This document shows, in pieces, positions 33,495-46,272 of a stretch of DNA of 64,000 bases (positions are counted from its first letter, which is position 1; every line of letters begins with the position of its first letter). The notes beneath the pieces are model-generated. The model was not told the DNA's origin. It made no database searches and was given only the letters and a program-made list of their open reading frames with translations. The translations under genes were made by a program, and so were the position numbers. This stretch comes from Azolla caroliniana (Eukaryota > Plantae > Polypodiophyta). The stretch spans positions 11,780,001 to 11,844,000 of the forward strand of contig JBHGNT010000020.1 of assembly GCA_043228905.1 (NCBI GenBank), given 5' to 3'.

Positions 33495-36400
33495 TTAGTA
33501 TACGTTAGCATGCCCGTGGTGGGCCATGTCTTTGCATCTTTGATGAACGAAGATCCGATTCGACCCCCTCGTACAATTATCCTCGATGCACCTCGAACTT
33601 GTATTATGCCATTGGTTGGCATCCTTGTGAAATAGGGTTCCCACTCGATCGCCTTGCATAATCTTCTTCAGGACATCCGGACCCGAACCGCTACAAAAAT
33701 TAAGGAATAAAACCAAATTAGAAGTGATGCAAGGATGGTGATCAAATGAGAATGAACTGGTCATCATGGGAAATCGGTGTCTACCTTGCAATGATGACGG
33801 GTACCCCGGCATTGGCCAAGGTTTGAGCCGCATAAACCTTGGCATCCAGTCCTTCCTTAGATCCCACCTTTGCTTTCGGACCATAATTCACAAGATCGGC
33901 ATGTTCCTCTTCTATGTAAGTGTGAATTAGCTCGGATTCGGGTTCGGATGGGGGACTTGTGTGAAGCCCTGCCTCATCGACAAGGAGGATCAATAGGTCC
34001 GATTTCACTTCCAATGCTAAAAGAGCTGCCAAGCTGTCATTATCCCAGAAAATGGCATTGCCATCCTGCCAATACATATAGAACTCCAATGATAAATACA
34101 TGAATAAATATATGCATATGTTCATAGATTCAGTTATGAAGGAAGGGGACTGCAATGAAATGCCTTAAAACCATATACATATATACACATATGCATGTAT
34201 GTAATATATATATATATATATAGGTATAGTTCCATATAGTTATGTTCTGGGTTTACCTCATGTGGATCACCCCTTGTACTAATAGCATCATTCTCGTTGA
34301 AGATTGGTACTACTTGCATGGCGAGTAGAGAGTTCACGGTGTCAATAAGTTGGTCTCTGAAATCATGGTTTCTAAAGTCATTGCTTGTTACCAAGAGTTG
34401 GGAAGATGCCACATCCAGCTGCAATGAAACCAAATCACTTCAATGTTAAATGACATTAAGAAACAAAAACACACGCATACATATTGTGATTTTGTGTTAT
34501 ATCTTCCGTAATTTTGTATACATATATGTTATGCATCTATACATATATGTGCATACCATGACTTTGTGTTATATCTTTCATAATTGTGTATATACATATG
34601 TTATGCATGTATACACATATGTTGTGCAGAATCATGATTTTGTGTTATATCTTTCATAATTGTGTATATACATATGTTATGCATGTATATAATGTCGAGA
34701 GAACAATACCAAGCTAAACAGTGTATCATAAAGAGTAATAAGCCCACTTTGTCCAACAGCAGCACATGCTTTTCCATCCAATTGTAGGTCAGGTTTTTCA
34801 AGGTGATCCGCAAAACTACACAATCCAAACAAACAATATTATTGTGGCATTCTAAGCTAACCTTCCATGAAATACAATTATCATATTGTCTTGTAGTATA
34901 CAGATCTTTAACATGTGGTACATTCTTAGCTAATCAATTCCATCAAATACAATATCATTTTGTCTCTCTGTCCACAACTCCTAAGAATATAGACCTAAAA
35001 TCACCTTCGATTCAAGGTTCTGCGATGGCGAAGAAGCCTCCATCCCATACCCACAGCTCCCGATGTCACAAGGATTACTTCAATGCCTGAATCCAGCAGC
35101 TCTTTTACCTATAATATAAACACAAAATTAATCTTAAGCCCATAAAAGAAAGTGGTTATGTGAATGGAATTATATGTAAATAGACAAAAAGAATGCTTTG
35201 CATTGACATATCTCAATGAGATGAAGGAAAGTTATAAGGAGATTCACCTGCTCACACAATGAGCCAACACGTCCAAGTGCAAATTTTCCATCCTCAGCTC
35301 TTGTGATCACAGTTGTGCCAACCTGAAAGAGTAGAAAATACAGAAACCATGAAAAAAAAAGGAACTTTATGCCCATTTTTAACAAATCCATCGGCTGTGG
35401 AAGATGTGCAATCACATAGTTCAGTCCCCAACCACATGGATTATCTGTATCAATATTGGTGCAAATCTATTACTATTCATTGTTGGTATGCAAATACATT
35501 GCTCATGAGCACTTCCATATGTATTTGGTTTAGAAGGCATGGATATGGGTGCCTTATATTTTGTAGTGTAATCTAATACTATCAGTTGGTAGGTATACAA
35601 ATGTTGTAAATAAGAGACGCTAGGGTTTAGGGTTTCAGAACTAGTGTGAAGCCTTTCTATTGGATGGGTTTAGGGTTTGTAATCTAATACTATCAGTTGT
35701 AGGTATACAAATTTTGTAAATAAGAGACGCTAGGGTTTAGGGTTTCAGAACTAGTGTGAAGCCTTTCTATTGGATAGGTTTAGGGTTTAGGGTTTGAAGG
35801 AGAACTCCATTGCATTTGCTGTATAATTTACTGACCAGAAAGATCAGACTAAATATAGCATGAACCAATCCAAAGTGACCATATAGACCTCCATTGCATT
35901 TGTTGTATTTATTCCAAAGGCTCATGAGAGAGATGATCATGAAAATTCAGGATTATGCCACCCAAAACAAGATCAAAGAGAAACTTAAAGAGAGATTTGA
36001 TGGCAAATTTAGAACCCAATTCAAAATTTTATAAACACATGCAATTTAGACAAATCAAAAGCATCAACCGCAATACACAAGTCACTATTCTATTAAGATA
36101 TGCATTATATAACACAGTCCACTGTTCTATATAATCATGCATTTTATGAGAGTATAATGCATCAACTCCACTAGAACATGCATTAAATCACATTTCCATT
36201 GTTCTATATGGGCATGCATAAGAATACAATTTCAATACTCTATACATTGGAGATGGTGCACTAAAAATGCATCAAACCTAATTCAAAAGTTTCATCATTC
36301 AATGTTGCATGAATGAACATGCATTTAAAATAACTAAGATATTCAAGACAAAAGATCTAAAAATGTTTTTAACTGGCCATCTTCATCATCCAAAAGCTAT

Positions 36401-36774
36401 ATCAGAACATGCATTTAAAACGCGCAAAAGCCCAATTCATCATCTTAAGCATGCACAGTTTGATCAGAACATGCGTTTAAAACTCCTTCAGAATCTAGCT
36501 CAATGTCACATTAAAATATGTACTTTTAACATAAGAAAAAAAAACATAGAAATCCAATTAAAAGCTTTATTAAAAAAAACACAAATTTTAGAATAAGAAA
36601 AGAAATCATCAATCGAAAACGAAAATCTTCTCATTGTAATAAGACTATCATCTGATTATGATACACAGGGACGTTACAAAGATTACAGAAAACAGGAAAA
36701 TATAACGAAGTAGGAAAACCATGCCACAAAAATATAGTATTCCACTGCGGAAAACAGGAAATGTTAAGAGAATA

Positions 36775-36808
<34 letters not shown>

Positions 36809-37153
36809 CAAATAGAATCGAATGTGTTTACAATAAACACAGGAGAAAGGTAGAGACCCCTTTAATATATAAATATATTAAGAGGAAAAACTGAGTGAAC
36901 AAATCAGAGAGAAAGCCCATTATAATATATACATATACATATATGGCAAACAGAGAAACAGATTACAGAGAAACTGAGTGAAGTAAAATGTGTGTGTAGC
37001 AAGTATTGCAGAGAAACAGAGGTATGGAGGGGGGAAGGAAATGTTAATGGGAAACATTGAAATGGAAAGAAGAAGAGGAAGGATTGAGAAGAAATGCAGT
37101 ACCTTCACAATCACACGCCTTGTGGCCTTGATAAAATCTCTGTGAGGATCCAT
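33495..37153 (-). CDS. P5CS: P5CS-like protein with the gamma-glutamyl kinase domain only (about 324 aa)
   Basis: Exons 37153-37103, 35322-35248, 35108-35005, 34815-34710, 34418-34257, 34065-33785, 33690-33495 (975 nt, GT-AG, in frame). Motifs [57 protein letters not shown]. Stop about 30 aa later, with no GPR domain visible. Confidence 0.88.
34485..34690. repeat. Three ~75-bp tandem copies in P5CS-like intron 4
   Basis: tga(t/c)tttgtgttatatctt...tgtatatacatatgttatgcat occurs three times. Confidence 0.8.
35568..35796. repeat. 111-bp direct duplication with TTTAGGG telomere-type motifs in P5CS-like intron 1
   Basis: gtaatctaatactatcagttg... at 35568 and 35679, with several tagggttt units. 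Confidence 0.85.
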
Positions 37154-37723
37154 GAGGCCTTGTGAATGTAAGAAGAAGATGAAAGGAGCTCTCTGTATAT
37201 ATAGTATATATATATATCTATATATATATAATCTATTTATTTATTTAATGTATTAAGAAAAAAAAGGAATTTAACGGCAAGATCCAGAAAGGAATTAAAA
37301 AATAAATAAAAATTTTAAACAGATATTTAATTTATTGATAAAAAAAAAATTCTAAGCATTGCTTTTTGTCTGTTCCTGGGATTGATGAGCTTCTTCTGCG
37401 CTGATTTGATTCTTCTGTGTCTGCTGCCTTCAGTAAGTAAGTAAGTAAGTATCTGTGTGTGTGTGTATTTGATCGAACAAATTTCTGAGCCATATATAGT
37501 AACTTTTAAAAAAGAGAAGGAAAAAGGCCAAGAAGAAGAAGAAGAAGAAAAAATGAGCTTTTTTTTTTTCTTGGGAGGGGGGGGAATCAGAAGGAAAAAA
37601 CCGCCGATTCACACACACACTCTGTTCACTCTCTGTTCTCACTCTGTTCTCTCTCTCTCTCTCTCTCTCTCTCAACTTTCACTTGCTTAATTCACAATAC
37701 ATATGCACCATGCATATACATAC

Positions 37724-37769
<46 letters not shown>

Positions 37770-38345
37770 CTTCTGGCCTTATGTCTTGGTCTAGATTCTG
37801 GCCTTATGTCCTGCTCTGGCTTTTGGCCTTCTTGTCTTGGTCTGGCTTCTGTCCTTTGGCCTTCTATCCTGGTCTGGCATCTAGCCTTCTGCCTTGGTCT
37901 GGCTTCTGTCCTTTGGCCTTCTATCCTGGTCTGGCATCTAGCCTTCTGCCTTGGTCTGGCTTCTGGCCTTTTGTCCTAGTTTGGCATCTACCCTTCTGTC
38001 CTGGTCTGTGGCTTCTAGCCTTTTGTCCTGGTCTGTGGCTTCTACCCTTCTGTCCTAGTCTATGGCTTCTACCCTTCTGTCCTCCTAGTCTAGTTTATGG
38101 CCTTATGTTATGTCCTAGGACTATACTTGGCCCCTAGGTCTGGCATTTGGCCTTCTGTCTTGGTCTGGCTTCTGGCCTTCTATCCTAGTTTGGCATCTAC
38201 CCTTCTGTCGTGGTTTGTGGCTTCTAGCCTTCTGTCCCAGTTTGTGGCTTCTACCCTTTTGTCCTAGTTTGTGGCTTCTACCCTTCTGTCCTCCTAGTCT
38301 AGTTTATCGCCTTATGTTATGTCCTAGGACTATACTTGGCCCCTG
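37770..38345. repeat. Complex minisatellite array (ggcttctagccttctgtcctggtct-type ~20-bp subunits, with a higher-order duplication)
   Basis: Degenerate subunits. The block ending ...atgtcctaggactatacttggcccct appears twice (about 38135 and 38343). Confidence 0.8.
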
Positions 38346-41300
38346 CTTGGCACACCCTCCTCTTCGTCTTTTACTAGACTCCCTTTTCTTGCCTTTTATG
38401 CCCCTCCAATTGGACCTCCCTTGACACACCTTTTGCTCCTCTCTCCGTGCTTCCACGCCCATCACACCACCATCTCTCTCGCCTTTCGTTTGCCCATGCT
38501 TGCTCTTGTCTTCTCTAGTGGCCACTTCACTCTCCTATCCCTTGTCCCAGTTATCCGTTCCCCACCCGCCTACCTTCCCTGGGCCTCACTACAACCTGGC
38601 CACGACTTAAACATGAGGGACGGTTTACCAACACCCTTCAATGTCCCCCTTACTTCAACCATTGTGCCCTTGTACACCCTCATTGTGTGGATGGGTATCA
38701 ACCACTTTTTTATGTCCTAACCTTAGCCCTAGTGTTGGCACACTCTAGCTTCTGTGGGTACCCACTTTTTTTGTCCCTCATCCTAACATTGGCCATGGCC
38801 CTATAGTCTACCACACCTCTTGCTGATTGTGGACACTAGTATGTCTTTGACTCGAATCATCAGCCTAGCTTATGTGGGTACCCCCACCTTTATGTTTTGA
38901 TCCTAAACATGAACCTACCACATTTGGCTCATGTGGGTACTACCTTTTTATCATGATGACTATGCTGCACTTCCTACATGACCATGTATATATTTGTGGC
39001 ACAAGCTACTTGTTTTGCTTTCTCACTAGTGGTTTTGGAATCCCCCCCCTCTTCCTATAGGTCTTCTTTCTTACACATATACATCAATGATCTGATTGCG
39101 ATGTTTCTACATATATCCTCTAATGCATGGTTTTAGGTTGTGGCTAGATCATGCAATCACGTATATATGCTCATAAATGAGAGAGCTTGCACTTTAATCT
39201 AAACTCATTACATTTATATGTATTTGTTGAAGATGTTATGTGAATGTCTCGATCATATGGTTGTCACATGTTCACGTGATAGTCAAGCATGAACTCTTCA
39301 CATATTGCTTGGTATTCAAACGATGTCCAATACATGTTTGATTGTGGCATGTTAACATGGTGCCTTGATGTTTGTTTGTGATTTTTCTCACATAGTTTAA
39401 TTTATCATGACCCTTGTGATATCTTCATGTAGTTTGTTTTATTTTGAAATAGTGTCTAATTCTGAAATGTTGGCGTGGTTGATTTGTTGTCTACGGTATG
39501 TTGATTGTAGCATGTTCCTTGATGTACAAATCATGCTTAGTAGTTACATCGTCATACAATTATTGATGTTTGGTTATATCATGCCATGTGGTTCTTGGAT
39601 GTCTAGATGCAATAGATAAGCACACATTGCTAACAAATAAAAAACATGTGGTAGTAGAGAAAAGGGATATCTTAGATCTGTAAACACAAGATTATAGAGC
39701 ATTAGAGTCTTTCCTTTAAACATTAAGTCTATTGTCGGTTGGATATGGTTTACAATTTTGATTTTATTCATTATAGTTTTCTCTCATCCAAGAACATACA
39801 ATTTGATCCTTTTTCTTTTAAAAAATACAACGTCCACGTTTTATTTGAAAACGCTACGATTACGGGAAAAGACTGCTTTGCAATAAGTTCTTAAAATAAG
39901 ACGCAATTACACTTAGTTTCATGTTTTCGTTATCATAGATTTCGCATTTTGATGATCATTGGGGATTTTCAAGAGCATCAATCAATTCAAATGTAGAAAT
40001 ATTGTATAATGTTTAAAGCAAATTGTGAAACTTTCTTTTGGATTAACTCAAGCATCTTTAATGTAGAAATATGATGGTAATAATCGGAGTCGACACATTT
40101 GAATACGTGCTTTTGTTGTTTCTCTTTCAATAATGTTTCTAAATATTTGTGGGACATGGCTCATTGTGAAGGTTTTAGACGAGCTGAAAAGCGGAGAACA
40201 TTCTGAAAAATGGGGCCCCATAATAGGATTCCTTTTATTTTTTTGACCCTACAAGGGAGGGTGGAATACATATCTATTGTTAAGAATTCCCTTGACCTTG
40301 CATTCAATGTGGCAAACCATGTATGTTGGGAATGCCCCTCTTATTACAAAAGAGGTAGAATAATAAAATCTAATGACACACGAATAATATATTTATGGGA
40401 ACAAGGTAGTATGTCGATAAAAAGACAATTCGGAAAGATTCCTAGCTAGAAATTCCTTTGCATGGTAAAGGATGTTAATGCCATGGATAATATTAAGGAT
40501 ATTATTATTATGAAACGGCACTATAGGAATAATATTACATTATACCCCATTTTTTGTATATAAAGCCACCATGAAAGGGTGCTTGCGAGACCTATGTATT
40601 TCCAAGGGACTTGTTATACTTACGGAAGTAAAAAAACAAAGTGATGATCATTGATAAGTATGTTGTTAACTAAGTTACTATTTTAATTCATTTCTATGTG
40701 TGTTAATTCAAATCAAAAACCTTTTGGTGACTATGGCAAATGGGAGCATTCCAAAACTTGAATGGCAAAAGGTGGTGAGGTCTCTTTGTGGATGGTGGGA
40801 AGAAATCGCAACAGAGAAGAAGAAAGAAAGGCTTCAAAAAATCCATGTGAGGAAAGACAACTTCAGTTGGTTGCTCATTCAACTTGAGTCCATAGAGGGA
40901 GGACTAAGAGAGAGATGTAGAATTGGGGAGAGATTTAGACAGAATCATCAAAAGAAATGTTTGGGCTCACCATCACCCCTTGTCAACAAACCAAATGCAT
41001 ACACAAGGTTTAACCTAGGTTAGGACCTCAATATCCATGTGCGGATCTTTATCCATAGTGGAAGAGAATTTGTTTCAACCATGCATCTCATGTAGATGTA
41101 GCAAAGGAGAGATTGCTAATGTTGAAATTTCATCTTGCACTATGTTGGGAGTTTGTGGAATGGTTTCAATAGTGTGAAGTTTGCGACTTGCTTTCGAACC
41201 ACTAAAGAATGTGTGCTTGAGACACTTTTAAAAATAGCACAACACATACATAACTCGTGTTGAACAAATTGCGCTCGTTGATGCAAGATAAAAGGGCAAA

Positions 41301-41989
41301 CCTTCACTTGTTTCATTGTAAAATTCTGATGTCTACATAAGATAATTGAACTAGCAAAATAACAATCATAAACAAAGTTTACTCACAATTTTGTGCGTGC
41401 ACCACAAAGGAGTATTTGAAGAAACTTCATGGGTGGCGTAGGTGTAGGACAATCAACCTTAGATGAGATTTCCTACTAGACAAAAATGATGTAAAACCTC
41501 CAAGAAATCAAGAGACAAGGAGAACTCAATTGAAATGTTGATCATGATAGCAAATTCAACTCATGAAGATTGTAATTAGGTAAGCTCAAGTGGAGAGAAT
41601 GGAATGACCAAGATGTTGGTGTCTAGGGGATTAAACAAAAAAAGGAAGTTTCATAGTGATCTTTAGTGCATAGTATGCAAGAACATTGAACACTTACTAA
41701 ACAATTGTGGGTTAAACAACATCTTCTATGCAATCTATGACGAAGGACATATTAAGGGGGTGTGTCCAAAGATCTTCTCATAATAAAAGAATTCATCAAA
41801 CATCAATGTGGCTGCTACCAAGCCAACTCACTAATGTGAGTCGACAATGTACACAATTGAAGAAGCACTAGAACCCTAGTCTTGTGACATGGCGGGTCCA
41901 AAGGTAGAAAGGGTAAATGGGGGAAAGGGACATATAACTGTGTTTGGTGAGTGAGAGAGAATGGTTTATTCATGACATTGTAATGGGAG

Positions 41990-44900
41990 ACATTGGTTTC
42001 AGAGACTTCGGCAGTTCGGCCGGCGTGGCAATGTAAGACTGGAGAGAAGGAAGGTGGCGGCGGGAGACCAGGAATCGATGATGCAGTGAAGTGCGGACGG
42101 AGCGGTCCCTCCACATCGAATCCGGAAACTTCGGCAGTCGGGCCCGTGAGCCGACGTGAGACCGGAGAGAAGGAGGGTGGGGACACGGGCATGGGGGCAT
42201 GCGACCGCGAGGGGACGTGGCCCGAGGCCAACACGCGCGAAAGGGAGGATAAGGTCGGTGAGGCGGCCAAAGACGAAACCACGACGGGTGCGAAAGAAGA
42301 AATCGATCGAGACCGATCCGAGCTAATGACGAGTCGGACTAGTCGAAGGTGGGAGCAGCAGGAGCCGGTGAGCCCAGACAAAGGTGAATACGGAGAAGAG
42401 CCCTCCACACTGTTTCCGGAGACTACGCTAGTTTGGCTGGCGTGGCAACGGAAGACCGGAGAGATGGAAGGTGGCGGCGAGGAGTCCTGGCACGATGCCA
42501 GCGAAGATGGATAGGAGATGGCCACGAAGAGAAGGCCCGAGAGGGATCCTCCACACGTGATCTAGAGACTTTGGCAGTTGCGAATCAACATAAGATCGAG
42601 GAGACGAAAGGCGGCGGCGAGGGGACGAAGGTCGTAGTAGATGAAGGCACCGAAGGACTTGGACGGAGCATCGCGGAGAACGACAGAGGCCATGCGAGCC
42701 GCTCGGATAAGAAGGGTGTTCCTCGGAGCGGAGCAACGTTATCGGAGGCTATGGAGGACACCAAACCGGAGGAGACCGACACCGATGTCGGGGAGGAAGT
42801 GTACCTTACCGAAGGGGAACACAAAGAAGGATGATACAAGAGGCATGCAATGTGGCCGCATAAGGGCATGGGGACAAGCATGTATCCGGACAAGATCGAC
42901 ACCGACTGGAAGTGATTGAGGAAGGAAAAAGGACGACATGTTGCGGTGTCGGGTTGACGATCCGGTCGGGTCGGAATGAGCACGTGCGAGGTGCATAAGG
43001 AACAGAATTCAACAGGCGGTCGGAGTGGCTGGGGGTCCGGTTGGAGTTCATGCACGGAAAACAAAGAAGACGGGTCGGGTCAACAACAACATTCAGGATA
43101 TCTACTCCAACTAACCAAAGAGGCGAGTGCGAGGACCTGATCTGGTGGATCGGGTGGATTGGCGAACACCAGCATGTATGGTGGATCAGATGGAGTCAGT
43201 GGTTCGGGTGGAGAGGTTGGACGAGCTCGAAATGGAGAGACAGGGATGACGATGAAGACCGAGGACAAGGTCGGCCCGGGAGTCGACACTTCGGGTGGAG
43301 AGGTTGGACGAGCTCGAAATGGAGAGACAGGGATGACGATGAAGACCGAGGACAAGGTCGGCCCGGGAGTCGACACTTCGGGACCGGCAAAGACCGACAC
43401 TACAGTTGGGTGTCAGATCGGCGGAGGACCCGGTTGAACACTGTCGCCGGAAATCTCGTCTTCTTTCCCCTTTCTTGGCACATTCCGGTGGATGTGCAGT
43501 TTGGTGGGGGTGGATGACGTGAAGATTTCTGGCTACAATGAGAAAACCGGATGGATCAGGCTAATTTGGCGAAGTGCACCGTGTGCACTTGTACATTTGA
43601 AAATATATATAGAAATAAGAGGGGAAAAGTGAAGGGTGAAGAGGGCGCTGATACAATTAAATGTACTTGCATAGGTGTACTTGCATAGGTAGGGGGTGTG
43701 AAAGTGAGGGAATTAAATGTACTTTTCCTATCACCACTCCGAAAATCATGGCAAGATATCTCCTCTGAAAAAGAGGACCGTCTGTCCCACATTGTAATGT
43801 ACCTCTCTCCTTGAGCTATAAAAGGAGGGAGGTGTCCCTTGTAAAAGGGTTTCCCATTTTAGAATGGAAATGAAACTAGGCCTAGTATAAGGCCATTTCA
43901 TTGTAGAACATGTTTATTATTTTACTAGAACTATTTAGCTTAAGCTCTATTTTTATTTTATTTTATTTTTACTTTCGATGAATGGGTAAATATCCCATTT
44001 TGTTGTAAACCAATTATCTCTTGGGCCAATTTTTAAAAGACGTTAATATATCTTTATTTTTATTTTATTTTATTTTTACTTTCGATGAATGGGTAAATAT
44101 CCATTTTGTTGTAAACCAATTGTCTCATGGGCCAATTTCTAAAAGACGTTAATATATCTTTCTCTCTCTAGAGGTTCCATTTTTTGTTGTGTGGACTATG
44201 TTTTAGTGTTTAAGGTTGAGTCCCACTCAAGCTGGTAGGCTCTGAGGGTTCCGGTTGTGGAGTCGTGTATAGCTTTGTCTTGGTCGATGTCTATGGCGTT
44301 TCGTTCTTTTGATGTCCTACTCTGTCTCTTGCACATAACCCCACTCAACGTGACGAGCCCGCGAGCTCCTCGATGTCACGACATAGGGATGTCAAATATG
44401 TAGTTAATGAGGATTGAACCTGCAACCTCACAACTACAAGATGTCATGCTCAACCATTTTGATATGAGCATGCATTTGTATATAATGGTTTTGTATTCTA
44501 TAGTCGAGAACATATAGTACATTTCAGAATCAGAATATTCTAGTCAATAGTATATTCTAGAAATACTATATGACATATTCTAGATGAGTATACTCTAGAG
44601 ATATTTCTTGAGTATATTCTAGAGATATTCAATCTCGGAACATGTATAAATACTTGTAACCTTCTTGGTCCCTTTGAAGGGATTCAACACCAATCATTGA
44701 CACATCACCCGTCTTCGTCATTGCCTTTGCTTCTTTGTTACCATCGTCATAGTCCTTGCTTCCAGGGTTACCGTCATCGACATCCTTGGCTTTAGAGATG
44801 CTTCCTCATCATCACCGTCTTCATTGCCTTGTTTTCGACATCATCATTTTTAGCACCTCTTGTTGTCTTCATCAAACGGATTGATTTTGATCGCTCACCT

Positions 44901-45853
44901 TCTAGTTCCGGTGGGGGTCACAACCGCTCACTTTCTTGGTAAGGATCGTGTCGGTTTCTCACTAGCGCTACCGTTTGTGCTGTGTTTTGGGTCAACCTTG
45001 ATTATTTACCCTCTCATAATAGAAGAAGTCGAGTCGACTACTTCACTTGCACTCCTTCGCCCGTTGGTGTTCGTGTTCCCGATGAGGACCACACATGTTC
45101 GCTCACGTTGTTCATGTTCCAATTCCTGATGAGGACGACATGGTCACTCACGCTCGTTCATGTTCGAGTTCCCGGTGAGGGCCGCATGGTCGCTCACACT
45201 TGTTGGGGTTCTAATCTCCGGTGAGGATCGTACATGGTCGCTCACGCCCGTCGGTGTTCCAATCTCCCGAGAGGACCGCACATGGTCACTCACGTCCATT
45301 GTTGTTCTAGTTTTCGGTGAGGACAACATATGGTTCCTCACACCAGTCAGTGCTCCAATTCTTGTCCACCCCTACACCACGCTTTCGACAAGGTGACCGT
45401 AAAGGGGAGGATAATGTCATGACACAAGGATGTCAAATACATAGTAACTGAGGATTGAACTTGCAACCTCACAGCTACAAGATGTCATGCTCAACCATTT
45501 TGATATGAGTATGCATTTGTGTATAATGGTTTAGGATTCTATAGTCTAACATATATACATTTCAGAATCAGAATATTCTAGAAATATTGTATGGTATATT
45601 CTAGAGATATTCAATCTTGGAACATGTATAAATACGTGTAACCTCCTTGGGCTTTTTGAAGTGATTCAACGCCAGTCATTGACACATCAATCTAGTCTTC
45701 TTGTTCCATTCCATCTTGTCTCCTTCTTCATCTTTGTCTTCATGCTCTTGTGTCATTCCCAACTTCTTAAGTTCCACGCTCATGGCCCCATCATCCATGC
45801 TCCGTCCAAGTCCATGGTTGGTGTGTCTGTGACACCCGACTAGGGGCTTGACA
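41990..45853 (+). mobile_element. 3' part of a gypsy-family (probably non-autonomous) element: repeat-rich internal region, PPT and 3' LTR interrupted by a nested element
   Basis: Family PPT ccggtggatgtgcagtttggtgggggtgga ends at 43514. LTR 43515-45853 (TGACG...TTGACA) is related to LTR 46273-47239. An 87-bp duplication lies at 43203-43381 and a ~105-bp duplication at 43950-44160. Confidence 0.7.
44374..45834 (+). mobile_element. Small TRIM-like LTR element with a tRNA-like cassette in both LTRs
   Basis: TGTCA...TGACA termini and near-TSD CTCGA/CCCGA. Direct repeats 44374-~44710 and 45415-~45690. PPT aaaggggaggataa (45401-45414). Internal ~48-bp repeats at 45085-45345. No retroviral coding motifs recognised. 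Confidence 0.8.
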
Positions 45854-45859
45854 GCAGAC

Positions 45860-46037
45860 AATTATCGCAACCTGTATTGTTTGGTCCGGTTGAAGCCAGT
45901 GTTGTAACTCATTGTCTTGTATATACGTTTATATGAAGTTGTGCATATACCGTGTCTTTGCTGGTGTCATGTGTATTTCTCTCTCTTCCGGTCTCTGTAC
46001 ATAAGTAGCGTGCATCGAGTAAGAGCATTGTGTGTGT

Positions 46038-46097
<60 letters not shown>

Positions 46098-46259
46098 TTC
46101 TCGTTCGACTGCCTCCAATGTGTATTCGGAAACACCCCGGTCGGTGTCTTAGCCGATGTAACTGGTACCGATGAAGCTCGATCTTTCCTCCCTTGTCTCT
46201 CAGGTCCAAGACCCCGGTGGTCCTGCCCCGTTTCGACATACCCGCAGAAAACCGCGACA
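45860..46259 (+). mobile_element. 3' part (U5) of a gypsy-family LTR
   Basis: Ends ggtccaagaccccggtggtcc...cgcgaca, like the LTR ends at 31983, 50208 and 56524. Contains (CT)n. Confidence 0.7.
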
Positions 46260-46272
46260 TCTTTGCCAAAGA

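Noticed and set aside
41991-42004. ttggtttcagag as a tRNA-iMet PBS
   Set aside because: It has a mismatch, overlaps a locally repeated gagacttcggcag motif, and no matching upstream LTR was found.
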